Assembly: GCA_964437755.1 (NCBI GenBank)
Contig: CAYTIA010000003.1
Coordinates: 7,641-71,640, forward strand
Origin: an uncultured Pseudomonadales bacterium
GTDB taxonomy: Bacteria; Patescibacteriota; Microgenomatia; UBA1400; PJMF01
DNA length: 64,000 nucleotides
Direction: 5' to 3'
This document shows, piece by piece, positions 38,197 through 46,855 of the stretch; position 1 is the first letter of the stretch; the number at the start of each line of letters is the position of its first letter. The notes under the pieces were generated by a model, which saw only the letters and a program-made list of their open reading frames with translations, was not told the DNA's origin and did not search any database. The translations under genes and the position numbers were made by a program.

Positions 38197-39297
38197 TTAT
38201 TTATTCACCAAACTATAAGTTACACCTTTTGTGACACCATATTTTTTAACAACGCCTTTTTCAATTAAATCCTTAAGATCCCTAAGCACTGTGTCAACTG
38301 AAACATTGGGCAAAATCTCCTGAGCATCAGTTGAGGTTATCTCTCCCTGATCTTGCAACAATTCTAGCAAGATAATTTGTCTCTCTGACAAAGCCACTTG
38401 TCGACCCAGTTCTTTCTTTAGTTTTAAGTCTTTCGAAAGTTTTAAAACCTTTTCTTTAACCTTATCGACCTCTATAGCCAACCCATAACAAAAATATTCA
38501 AGCCAATAAGTCATCTCAGCACTTTCGTTTTGCTGTACTGACTGAAGCGCGCTGTAATAACTTTCAACATCACCATCAAAATACTCTTCTAAAGAAAAAA
38601 ATCTTTTAAAGTCGTAACCTGTTCCATAAAGAATTAAAGAGGCCATTGCTCTTGCCGTTCTACCATTTCCTTCTATAAAAGGGTGAATAAAAACTAACTG
38701 ATAATGGGTGATTGCCGCTCTAAAAATTGGGTGAATTTTTTTTGTTTCAGGAGAATTAAGCCAGTCGAAAAACTCCTCAACCATAAATGGAACCTCAACC
38801 GAAATTGGTGGTCTAAATACAATTTTTCCCGCACTATCTCCAGCTCCTTTTACAATTACTTGTTTTCTTCGATAATGACCAATTTGGTCTTCAACAAGTA
38901 GCCGATCCATTGTTAATGAGTGTAAGCTTTTTAAAGTTTTTTCCGAAAATAGATTGGGTGTTAAAGATGGATCTTGTTCATCAATCCATTTAATGACATT
39001 TCTGTAGTTTAGAACTTCCTGAATATCACGCTCTCTGGCAATAATTCCCGCTCTTTTTGCAGCTTCTTCTGGATCATCTATCAGTTCAAGCCTGGATATT
39101 TTTTGAGCTTGGTCTTGAGTTAAATCATTGCCTTCAATCTTAGTTCCGAAATGAATCGTCCTTGCCATTGCATCTTTTTTAAACTTTGCCTCCCAGGCTG
39201 GAACAAGAGGTGAATGGTCGATTAGCGCTTTTGCTGATTCAATAGAACTAATATATGTCAATAAATTATTAGTAAGATTGAAGTTTGGTTTATACAT
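38197..39297 (-). CDS. Fic/DOC family protein with C-terminal winged-HTH
   Basis: Canonical Fic motif 'HPFIEGNGRTARAM'. The C-terminal 'LSERQIILLELLQDQGEITSTDAQEIL' is an HTH. Confidence 0.8.
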   Translation of the reverse strand: MYKPNFNLTNNLLTYISSIESAKALIDHSPLVPAWEAKFKKDAMARTIHFGTKIEGNDLTQDQAQKISRLELIDDPEEAAKRAGIIARERDIQEVLNYRNVIKWIDEQDPSLTPNLFSEKTLKSLHSLTMDRLLVEDQIGHYRRKQVIVKGAGDSAGKIVFRPPISVEVPFMVEEFFDWLNSPETKKIHPIFRAAITHYQLVFIHPFIEGNGRTARAMASLILYGTGYDFKRFFSLEEYFDGDVESYYSALQSVQQNESAEMTYWLEYFCYGLAIEVDKVKEKVLKLSKDLKLKKELGRQVALSERQIILLELLQDQGEITSTDAQEILPNVSVDTVLRDLKDLIEKGVVKKYGVTKGVTYSLVNK

Positions 39298-39424
39298 TTT
39301 TTACTATAATTTTTTGTTGATCTTCGTCTGAATTCAGTCAATGCATTGTAATCGATTTTTGCAAATTTTGCAGAATTAATTTCTTCACATCTCCTTTAAA
39401 TATCATTTATAATGATTTCAAATT

Positions 39425-39712
39425 ATGTCAAAAATACAAACACCAGAAAACATTGATGAACTTCCATTGGCTGTCATCAAAAATATTATTTCTCTTTCTA
39501 CAAGTGGCTTTGGACTTGTGGTTGCCCTGGCATGGAATGAGTTAATTCGCTCAACTGTTCAAACATATTTAACTCCAATTTTGGGTGAAGGTGGAGGATT
39601 AATTTCATTGTTGATTTATTCTTTAGTCGTTACTACTCTTGCAGTTTTAGTAACTATGGAGTTAGCCAAGATTCAAAAAAAACTTGAAAAGGAAGAAAAC
39701 GAGAAAAGTTAA
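39425..39712 (+). CDS. Small 2-TM membrane protein (hypothetical)
   Basis: ORF with two hydrophobic helices and a charged C-terminus. Confidence 0.35.
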   Translation: MSKIQTPENIDELPLAVIKNIISLSTSGFGLVVALAWNELIRSTVQTYLTPILGEGGGLISLLIYSLVVTTLAVLVTMELAKIQKKLEKEENEKS

Positions 39713-39715
39713 TAA

Positions 39716-40603
39716 ATGCCAACTCTTATTACCCACAGCCAAATTATTTCTTTTCTTAAGCAAATCAGCCTACCCAAAAAAAATTCTCGCAAAGGAGATA
39801 ATGGAAAGTTATTAATCATTGGTGGATCTCATCTTTTTCATGCAGCTAGTCGTTGGAGTCTAGACATAAGTTCAAAATTTGTTGACATGGTTTTTTATGC
39901 CTCAGTACCAAGTAACAATCAATTAATTCATGAAGCAAAATCAAATTTTTGGAACGGAATAGTTATTCAAAGAAATCAAATAGAAGACTACCTAGATGAA
40001 GCAGACTGCATCTTAATTGGCCCAGGAATGGAGAGAGTGTTAAATGAAACAAATGACATCCTCAATACCACCGAGTCCTACGTTAATCACCTCCCCACTG
40101 ATAAAGACTGGGAAGAAAATACTCAGACCATTGTAAATTACCTACTGGCAAAATACCCAACAAAAAAGTGGGTTATTGATGCTGGTGCTTTGCAGATGAT
40201 TGATCCAATACTCTTAACTTCTAGCTGTATTATCACACCACATCAAAAAGAGATGGAAATCTTGCTTGGTAAATGCAAAACAGAAAACCAAAGAATCAAT
40301 CTAAATAAATCAACAGTTTTGCTTAAAGGAGAAGTTGACAAAGTAATTCACAATCAAGAAGAATATTTAATTCCTGGAGGCAATCCCGGTATGACAAAGG
40401 GAGGTACGGGAGATGTGCTCGCTGGTCTAGTTGCTGGTCTTTACACAAACAATCAAATTTTGCCCTCTACAATAGTGTCAAGTCACGTGAATAAAAAAAC
40501 AGGAGATTTGCTTTACAAAAAAAATGGACCATTTTTTAACGCAACTGACTTGGTTAACAAAATACCTCAGGTTTTATGGAGCGAGATAACGGCTAGAGAT
40601 TAA
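39716..40603 (+). CDS. ADP-dependent NAD(P)H-hydrate dehydratase (YjeF C-terminal/carbohydrate-kinase family)
   Basis: 'GDNGKLLIIGGS' and 'GGNPGMTKGGTGDVLAGLVAG' motifs. Confidence 0.75.
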   Translation: MPTLITHSQIISFLKQISLPKKNSRKGDNGKLLIIGGSHLFHAASRWSLDISSKFVDMVFYASVPSNNQLIHEAKSNFWNGIVIQRNQIEDYLDEADCILIGPGMERVLNETNDILNTTESYVNHLPTDKDWEENTQTIVNYLLAKYPTKKWVIDAGALQMIDPILLTSSCIITPHQKEMEILLGKCKTENQRINLNKSTVLLKGEVDKVIHNQEEYLIPGGNPGMTKGGTGDVLAGLVAGLYTNNQILPSTIVSSHVNKKTGDLLYKKNGPFFNATDLVNKIPQVLWSEITARD

Positions 40604-41708
40604 CAACTTGAGCCGATTTAAGCCGATCCTTGATTTCATTGATCAGACTGTTGTCTGCCGTGGTAATAATTGTTTGTTCACCATCCACAAGCTCTAATAC
40701 TCTCTTTCTGTTCGCTTCATCAAGCTCAGATAGAATATCGTCGAGTAGCAAAATTGGCGATAACCCCGATTCTTGTTTTAAAAATGCAAGTTCTGCTTTT
40801 TTAAGCCACAATACCCCCATTCTTTTTTGTCCTCTTGATCCATACGCGTTTAATGATCTGAGCTCATTATTATTATCCAGCCCTTCGTTTAAAAGAAACT
40901 GAACTTCAAAATCATCTTTGTGCGGCCCAATTAAACTAAACCCCGCTGCAATTTCCGCATCAGAACGCTCAAGCAACCTTTTTTCAGTAATAACTGATGG
41001 CAAATACTTAAACTTAAAAGATAAAGAGGATTCAACGGTTACGTTAACAAACTCAGCAAAACTTTTTCGCGATTCTTGTATTTTCTTCCCATGCTTGATT
41101 AAGCTCATGTTCCAATATGTTAACGCTTGGTGTGGTTGAGTGCCTTCTCTCACCTGAAAAAGCAATCTATTGCGTCTTTTTAATGTTTTTTCATATTGCT
41201 GTAAGGACTGAACATATTCTTGATTCACCTGAGACAAAGCTAAGTCAAGATAATCTCTTCTTCTTGACGGAGATCCCTCAATGAGTCGCATGTCCTCTGG
41301 CCTAAAAACCACAACTAATAAATTTCCAACAAAGTCTTTTTTCCGTCTCTTGTTATCATTCACTGAAAAGTGTTGTCTTTGAGTTCTTTTGCCATTAACC
41401 AATCCCCTTGTTAAAAGTATGGCAAGTTGTGTTTCGTCAATGACGCCTAAATCTTGTGTTTCATTTAACAACTCAATATCAGGAATAATTTTTGCTTTTA
41501 TTTGAGCAATTTCAGCATCTAAAGCCACCATCTCATCAACCTTGCTTGCTCTAAAACTTTTCCCTGTAGCTAGAAGGTGAATTGACTCGACAACAGTACT
41601 TTTTCCGCCAGCATTTGAGGCAACAAAAACTGTTATCTGATTTTGAAACTCAAATATTTTTTGAGAGAAGAGCCTAAAGTCCTTCAATAATAGTTTGTGT
41701 AAAAACAT
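40593..41708 (-). CDS. recF: DNA replication and repair protein RecF
   Basis: N-terminal Walker A 'ASNAGGKSTVVESIHLLATGKSFR' and a C-terminal 'LLLDDILSELD' signature/D-loop. Confidence 0.8.
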   Translation of the reverse strand: MFLHKLLLKDFRLFSQKIFEFQNQITVFVASNAGGKSTVVESIHLLATGKSFRASKVDEMVALDAEIAQIKAKIIPDIELLNETQDLGVIDETQLAILLTRGLVNGKRTQRQHFSVNDNKRRKKDFVGNLLVVVFRPEDMRLIEGSPSRRRDYLDLALSQVNQEYVQSLQQYEKTLKRRNRLLFQVREGTQPHQALTYWNMSLIKHGKKIQESRKSFAEFVNVTVESSLSFKFKYLPSVITEKRLLERSDAEIAAGFSLIGPHKDDFEVQFLLNEGLDNNNELRSLNAYGSRGQKRMGVLWLKKAELAFLKQESGLSPILLLDDILSELDEANRKRVLELVDGEQTIITTADNSLINEIKDRLKSAQVVNL

Positions 41709-41735
41709 TTTTTACCTTAAGCTTTGTTAGCGAAT

Positions 41736-42089
41736 TTATTTTTTACCATCAAAAGCCAGCTTAAATCTTACCAGTAAATAAAAAAGCATCGCTTGCCAGT
41801 AAATAATAAAAACCGTTGCCCAAGTTGACAAAAATGAATAATAAATGTCTAGTTCTAAAGAACTATCCTTAAAAATTGCGATCAACAACGATAAAACTAT
41901 TTTTTTCCAAACTACAGTTAAAATTCCTAAAATTAGAGTTGGAAGTAGTGTTAACCAAACGAAAACTTTCTGTTCAACTAACAGCTGCATGGTCTGATAC
42001 GGATGAACTAATAGCCCCAACGAAAATCTTCCCAAAGCATACAAAAATGATATCAACCAATTATTCATATAGTTTTTAGAGCAATCCAA
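41736..42089 (-). CDS. Hypothetical membrane protein
   Basis: ORF with 3 TM. Downstream of the sigma/anti-sigma candidate pair. Confidence 0.3.
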   Translation of the reverse strand: MDCSKNYMNNWLISFLYALGRFSLGLLVHPYQTMQLLVEQKVFVWLTLLPTLILGILTVVWKKIVLSLLIAIFKDSSLELDIYYSFLSTWATVFIIYWQAMLFYLLVRFKLAFDGKK

Positions 42090-42267
42090 TAAGTATTGTT
42101 GTAATAAATGATAGGAGCAAAATTGAAAGCCAGGGATAATACATTATCAACCTTATAAGCTTTCCAAGATCCCTGGGTAAAATTCTACTTTTTTCCAACT
42201 GAGCTTGGCGTTTGGCCTCTAGTTGCAACTGATTTATTAAGTCAATGTTTATTTTTTTATTGAGCAT
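42076..42267 (-). CDS. Small single-pass membrane protein, candidate minimal anti-sigma factor
   Basis: 63 aa. A cytoplasmic N-terminal helix plus a C-terminal TM. Its start immediately follows the ECF sigma stop (42267/42269). Confidence 0.3.
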   Translation of the reverse strand: MLNKKINIDLINQLQLEAKRQAQLEKSRILPRDLGKLIRLIMYYPWLSILLLSFITTILIGLL

Positions 42268-42268
42268 T

Positions 42269-42823
42269 CTATGTTAACCGTGTATCACTAATTTGAGCAT
42301 AAATTTTTTTAAATGAGTCCTTTGAGCGCCATAACTCAGACTCCACTGATTTAAGGGTCTTACCTACTTTCTTAGCTATTTCTCTAATTTTTAATCCATC
42401 AACATATTTCATTAGAAGTAATGATTTTCTATACGTTCCCATTCTAGAAAGAGTGAGTCTTACTACATCATTAACCACCCGACTATCAGCAATTGGTTTA
42501 TCTAAAAGATACTTACCAAGCGGTACCACGCTGATCGCTTTTTTCGCGTATTTTTTTCTATAATAGTCAGCAATTTCGTGTCTTAATATAGTATTCATCC
42601 AGGTTCTTAGGCTTGATTCTTCTCTAAAAATTTGAATCTGGCGAAGAGAATTAATCATTGTTTCTTGAACAACATCTTCCGCGTCTTTTGGATTAGATAT
42701 CTTCAAATTTGCCAATGAAAGAAGCTTTGGATGATAAAAATCAAACCATTTTTTCACAGCCAAAGAATCACCACGTTTGAGTTTTTTTACCAGCTCCTTT
42801 TCTTGTTTTATGCTTAAGTTCAT
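42269..42823 (-). CDS. RNA polymerase sigma-70 family ECF-type sigma factor
   Basis: Region 2 'DAEDVVQETMINSLRQIQIFREESSLRTWMNTILRHEIADYYRK' and region 4 'LLLMKYVDGLKIREIAKKVGKTLKSVESELWR'. Confidence 0.8.
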   Translation of the reverse strand: MNLSIKQEKELVKKLKRGDSLAVKKWFDFYHPKLLSLANLKISNPKDAEDVVQETMINSLRQIQIFREESSLRTWMNTILRHEIADYYRKKYAKKAISVVPLGKYLLDKPIADSRVVNDVVRLTLSRMGTYRKSLLLMKYVDGLKIREIAKKVGKTLKSVESELWRSKDSFKKIYAQISDTRLT

Positions 42824-42847
42824 TTTTGCTGATAAGACTAAATATTT

Positions 42848-42867
42848 ATAGAATAAGTTTATTCTAT
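42848..42867. promoter_or_regulatory. Perfect 20-bp palindrome (9-2-9) in the divergent promoter region between the ECF sigma gene and the pilin array
   Basis: ATAGAATAA-GT-TTATTCTAT, 25 nt upstream of the sigma gene start codon. An extended -10 'TGTTATAAT' at about 42974-42982 faces the pilin genes. Confidence 0.5.
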
Positions 42868-42984
42868 CACTTACTAGATCATTTATTCACAATCTTGTCA
42901 TTAAAATCAATTTATGTATATAGTCGATAAAAATGGTTCTCAGATAAGAAAAGGCTACAAAATTGCTTTCAAGTGTTATAATAT

Positions 42985-43386
42985 TTGCTACTAGAGATGT
43001 TTAATCAACTTTACTTCTTAATCAACGGCTTTAATTCGTTTGCTCCAAAAGCAAACACTGGTTTAAATTTGTCTGATTATTTAAGAGTTCAAGATAAACA
43101 AGGAAATTCCTCATCAATCGCTGAAGTTTACAACAGTCCCTCAGTTTTCGTAAATCTGATAGTGAGTAATCTTTTTATAATTGCAGGAATAATCATTTTT
43201 TTTATGGTTATTGGAGCTGGATTTAGCTATCTAAAAGATTCTGATAAAGGAAAGGATGATGCAAAAAATCTCGCAACTGGAGCTGTTCTTGGATTTCTTG
43301 TGATGTTTGCAGCCTATTGGATTGTCCAAATTGTAAAGTTATTAACTGGAGCTGATATTCCAATTGATGGGGCTGGCCCAATTTAA
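42985..43386 (+). CDS. VirB2/TrbC-like T4SS pilin-family small membrane protein, paralog 1
   Basis: Hydrophobic helix, polar loop 'YLKDSDKGKDDAKN', second hydrophobic helix. Same architecture as paralogs 2-7. The likely true start is the ATG at 42997. Confidence 0.45.
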   Translation: MLLEMFNQLYFLINGFNSFAPKANTGLNLSDYLRVQDKQGNSSSIAEVYNSPSVFVNLIVSNLFIIAGIIIFFMVIGAGFSYLKDSDKGKDDAKNLATGAVLGFLVMFAAYWIVQIVKLLTGADIPIDGAGPI

Positions 43387-43434
43387 AAAATTACTAACTT
43401 TATACTCAACATATTCATATACAATAAAGCCCAC

Positions 43435-43890
43435 ATGATTAAAAAATTTATTAGTCACAAGCCTTTATTATCTTTTCTCTCAATTGCAACCACACTGTTG
43501 TCACAGCTATTTTTTCCTTTAAGAATATTTGCTCAAACAACCGATCCTTTATTTGGCACCATTGAGCCTCCTGTAGGAGTTGACAAATATCAAGATCAAA
43601 TCGGCCCAGGAGAAATCGGTATTATTTTATTTGTTTCAAATCTAATTAGACTTGTTACAATAGTGGCTGGTATCTGGACCATGCTAAACTTCATCTTAGC
43701 AGGATGGTTATATATAACCTCTTCCGGAGATTCGGACACTGGATCAAAAGTTTCTACAAAAATGATCAATAGTGTTATGGGATTTGCCATTATTGCTCTT
43801 TCCTACACCATAGCAGCTTTAGTTGGACTACTTATTTTTGGAGACGCCTCTTATATTATTAATCCGCAGCTAACATCAGTTTTAAATTAA
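43435..43890 (+). CDS. VirB2/TrbC-like pilin-family protein, paralog 2
   Basis: Signal peptide, TM, loop 'WLYITSSGDSDTGSKVSTKM', TM. Confidence 0.45.
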   Translation: MIKKFISHKPLLSFLSIATTLLSQLFFPLRIFAQTTDPLFGTIEPPVGVDKYQDQIGPGEIGIILFVSNLIRLVTIVAGIWTMLNFILAGWLYITSSGDSDTGSKVSTKMINSVMGFAIIALSYTIAALVGLLIFGDASYIINPQLTSVLN

Positions 43891-43897
43891 ATTTTTA

Positions 43898-44335
43898 TTG
43901 AAACAGAACATGTTAAACTCGACAAAAACAATTTTTAAAATCATTTTTAATCTAGTTAATGCGAGTCCTGTTAGCGCTCAATTTAATCGAGGAATTGAGC
44001 CACCAAGTGATTCTCCTTATCTAGATATCGTTAGTGGCAGCGGTGATGTAGAGCCACTCCCTGCTTTTGTTTTATTTTTGTCAAACTTAATTGGGTTAAT
44101 TACCCTGGTTGGAGGGCTCTTTTTCATCGTTTATTTTTTTATGGGAGCTTTTAACTGGGTTACTGGAGGCGAAGATTCTGGTAAAGTAGAAAAAGCGCGA
44201 CAAAAAATGATGCATGGAGTACTTGGCCTTGTTGTTTTGGTAATGAGCTATTCACTAATTGGTATTGTTGGCACTATTGTTGGCATTGATCTAATAAACC
44301 TAGAAGAAACTATTATGAGGATCGTTCCTCAATAA
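43898..44335 (+). CDS. VirB2/TrbC-like pilin-family protein, paralog 3
   Basis: Signal peptide, TM, loop 'FNWVTGGEDSGKVEKARQKM', TM. Confidence 0.5.
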   Translation: MKQNMLNSTKTIFKIIFNLVNASPVSAQFNRGIEPPSDSPYLDIVSGSGDVEPLPAFVLFLSNLIGLITLVGGLFFIVYFFMGAFNWVTGGEDSGKVEKARQKMMHGVLGLVVLVMSYSLIGIVGTIVGIDLINLEETIMRIVPQ

Positions 44336-44350
44336 TTATAATATTGAAAA

Positions 44351-44719
44351 ATGTTTAACACCTTTTCATCACTAATACTCAAAGCACAGGCTACATTAAC
44401 CAATCCAATTGTTGGCAATTGGGGAGCTGATGCCGAAGAAGCCACAAGCGGCAGCTTATTTTTTTCTTATGCTTTAAGAATGTGGAGAGTTGGAATGTAT
44501 GCGGGATCTTTAATTGTTTTGGTATATTTTGTATGGGCCGGTGTTGAGTGGATAACTAGCGGAAATGATACTAAAGGAGTGGAAAGCGCAAAAAAAAGAC
44601 TAACCAATGCTGCTATAGGCTTAGTACTAATGGTTTGTTCATTTGCAATAATAGCCTATCTTAATGAATTATTATTTGAAGGTGAATTTGATCTGCTCGA
44701 GTTCACCATACCTGGATAA
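44351..44719 (+). CDS. VirB2/TrbC-like pilin-family protein, paralog 4
   Basis: TM, loop 'VEWITSGNDTKGVESAKKRL', TM. Confidence 0.5.
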   Translation: MFNTFSSLILKAQATLTNPIVGNWGADAEEATSGSLFFSYALRMWRVGMYAGSLIVLVYFVWAGVEWITSGNDTKGVESAKKRLTNAAIGLVLMVCSFAIIAYLNELLFEGEFDLLEFTIPG

Positions 44720-44726
44720 TCCATAT

Positions 44727-45083
44727 ATGCTATCAACTCTTTTAGCCGACATTAGTATTAATCTTCGAGACAAAGCTGTTGAAGAGGATCTTCCTTTCGC
44801 TGCTGAGGCTGCAGAAACTGGTGGAGCAGAAAACATCTTTACCAGGTTTATTGAACGATTTTTAAGTATAGCTATGTTTCTTGGAGCTTTAATATTACTG
44901 GGAAATTTAGTGTTTGGAGGAGTGGAATGGATTATGGCTGGAGGAGACAGTGGAAAAATTGAAAAAGCTAGAAACAGAATGACTCAATCCGTTGTTGGTA
45001 TTATTGTTCTTTCAGCATCAGTTGCTATATTTATGGTAATCAATGATTTCCTTGGAAATCCTCTTGATATCACTCTGACTTAA
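44727..45083 (+). CDS. VirB2/TrbC-like pilin-family protein, paralog 5
   Basis: Start set at the internal ATG 44727, because the track ORF overlaps paralog 4. TM, loop 'VEWIMAGGDSGKIEKARNRM', TM. Confidence 0.5.
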   Translation: MLSTLLADISINLRDKAVEEDLPFAAEAAETGGAENIFTRFIERFLSIAMFLGALILLGNLVFGGVEWIMAGGDSGKIEKARNRMTQSVVGIIVLSASVAIFMVINDFLGNPLDITLT

Positions 45084-45096
45084 TAATTAACATTTT

Positions 45097-45126
45097 TTGA
45101 CTTTTATCGGTCACTCTTGCTATAAT
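45097..45126 (+). promoter_or_regulatory. Sigma70-like promoter of pilin paralog 6
   Basis: TTGACT, an 18-nt spacer, TATAAT. A strong SD 'AAGGAG' at 45163-45168 sits 5 nt before ATG 45174. Confidence 0.55.
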
Positions 45127-45173
45127 ACTAATACTTGATATAAACTAAGAGCATTATTTAATAAGGAGACATT

Positions 45174-45575
45174 ATGAACAAAATTCAAAAAACATTTGCT
45201 GGAGTCGGTGCTTCTTTGACCACATTGGCACTTAGCGCAACACAGGCCAGCGCTCAGATTGGAACAATCAATGTTCCTGAAAGAGGATTCGCTACAAGCA
45301 TCGGAGGACTCATTAACAGTGGTTTAAACCTCGTTATGTTGCTTGCAGCCATTCTGGTTTTTGGATATTTAATTTGGGGAGGAATTGAGTGGATTACTTC
45401 TGGTGGTGATAAGGGTCAAACTGAAAAGGCAAGAAACAAAATTACAGCTGCTATTGTTGGACTTGTTGTCCTAGCTGCTTCATATGCAATACTACAACTT
45501 GCTTTAAGTTTCCTAGGCTTTTCAGGAGGAATTCAGGAAGTATTTAACACAGGTATTGTACCAATTAACAATTAA
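45174..45575 (+). CDS. VirB2/TrbC-like pilin-family protein, paralog 6 (candidate major pilin)
   Basis: Signal peptide with an 'ASA-Q' cleavage site, TM, loop 'IEWITSGGDKGQTEKARNKI', TM. It is the only paralog with its own consensus promoter, a strong SD and a terminator. Confidence 0.55.
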   Translation: MNKIQKTFAGVGASLTTLALSATQASAQIGTINVPERGFATSIGGLINSGLNLVMLLAAILVFGYLIWGGIEWITSGGDKGQTEKARNKITAAIVGLVVLAASYAILQLALSFLGFSGGIQEVFNTGIVPINN

Positions 45576-45598
45576 CCAGTTAATTTATAAAAAGTTAA

Positions 45599-45626
45599 AA
45601 CCCCCGTTTATGCGGGGGTTTTTTAT
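45599..45626 (+). terminator. Rho-independent terminator after pilin paralog 6
   Basis: aaaaCCCCCG-tttatg-CGGGGGtttttt: a GC-rich hairpin followed by a T run. Confidence 0.75.
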
Positions 45627-45653
45627 ATTAATTTGATGTTATAATTTCATTTA

Positions 45654-46142
45654 ATGAAAAGCAATAATTTGACTAAATTGAGTTTATTTCTTTATAAAAC
45701 AAGAAGTTTGATTCTCTTGTTTCTTATTTTAACCATTTCATTTTTTAACACCCAAATAGTTAATGCTCAAACCGTTGACTGGAATACCCGCGAAGCTGAG
45801 TTGGGAGTTGTCTGCTCAGTAAATGGGGTTGCCACAATTCAGGGAATTATGTGCTTGCTTGCAAACGTGATATCTGTTTTTCTAACACTAGTAGGATTGG
45901 CAGGTTTTGTAATGTTAGTTTTTGGCTCAATCAAGTGGTTAATGTCTGGTGGAAATTCTCAGTCTCTGGAAAGCTCAAAAAAAATTATTACTTTCGCTTT
46001 TATAGGATTGTTTTTAGCTCTTGGTTCCGTACTAATCATCAACATAATTGCAAGCTTCACTGGAATTAACGTGATAGAAAGGTTTTTCATTCCCTCAAGC
46101 GATACTGGAGTCAATAGTCTAGATGAGTGGGATAGTATTTAG
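45654..46142 (+). CDS. VirB2/TrbC-like pilin-family protein, paralog 7
   Basis: Signal peptide, TM, loop 'IKWLMSGGNSQSLESSKKII', TM, with a longer C-terminal tail. Confidence 0.45.
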   Translation: MKSNNLTKLSLFLYKTRSLILLFLILTISFFNTQIVNAQTVDWNTREAELGVVCSVNGVATIQGIMCLLANVISVFLTLVGLAGFVMLVFGSIKWLMSGGNSQSLESSKKIITFAFIGLFLALGSVLIINIIASFTGINVIERFFIPSSDTGVNSLDEWDSI

Positions 46143-46855
46143 TGACCAAATCTTCTCTCTCTTCTTTTATATTCGTCTAAAGCCTTGTCTAGCTCATCTT
46201 CATCAAAATCAGGCATTAGTACATCGGAAAAGTATAGTTCTGAGTAAACACTCTGCCATGGTAAAAATCCAGAAAGTCTTTGCTCTCCCCCAGTTCTGAT
46301 AATCAGATCGGGATCTGGTAAAAAACTAGTATCTAAGTTTTGTGATATTTTTTCTTCAATTTGCTTGATAGTCAATCCAGTCAAATCATCTAGGTCAGCA
46401 ATTTTTTTTACTGTTCGAGCAATCTCATCTCTTCCTCCATAGTTAATTGCCAAAGTAACTGTAATGCTGTCATTGTTTTTACTTGATTCCCTTAATTTAT
46501 TTAGGCCTTCCTGAATATCTTTAGGAAATCTTGAGGTATCGCCAATGGTCATAAATCTTACTTTCTTTTTAATCATGGGCTCAAAACCCTTGATAAAAAG
46601 AGTTCTCATAAGATTTAGGATTGCATTAACCTCTTGTTCTTCTCTCTTCCAATTTTCAGTACTGAAAGCCCACAAAGTTAAGTAAGAAACTCCTCTTTTT
46701 ATACAGTGGTCGGTGATTTTTTCGAAACCCTCTGTGGCCACTTTTTCATGACCTTTAAAAATTTTTAACTTGTTTTTTCTTGCCCAACGACGATTTCCGT
46801 CCATGATAATAGCAATGTGAGATAAGCTGTTAGAGTTTGTTTTCATAAACATCAC
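46139..46855 (-). CDS. uppS: Undecaprenyl-diphosphate synthase (isoprenyl transferase)
   Basis: 'HIAIIMDGNRRWARKNKL' and 'LTLWAFSTENWKR' signatures. Confidence 0.85.
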   Translation of the reverse strand: MMFMKTNSNSLSHIAIIMDGNRRWARKNKLKIFKGHEKVATEGFEKITDHCIKRGVSYLTLWAFSTENWKREEQEVNAILNLMRTLFIKGFEPMIKKKVRFMTIGDTSRFPKDIQEGLNKLRESSKNNDSITVTLAINYGGRDEIARTVKKIADLDDLTGLTIKQIEEKISQNLDTSFLPDPDLIIRTGGEQRLSGFLPWQSVYSELYFSDVLMPDFDEDELDKALDEYKRRERRFGH

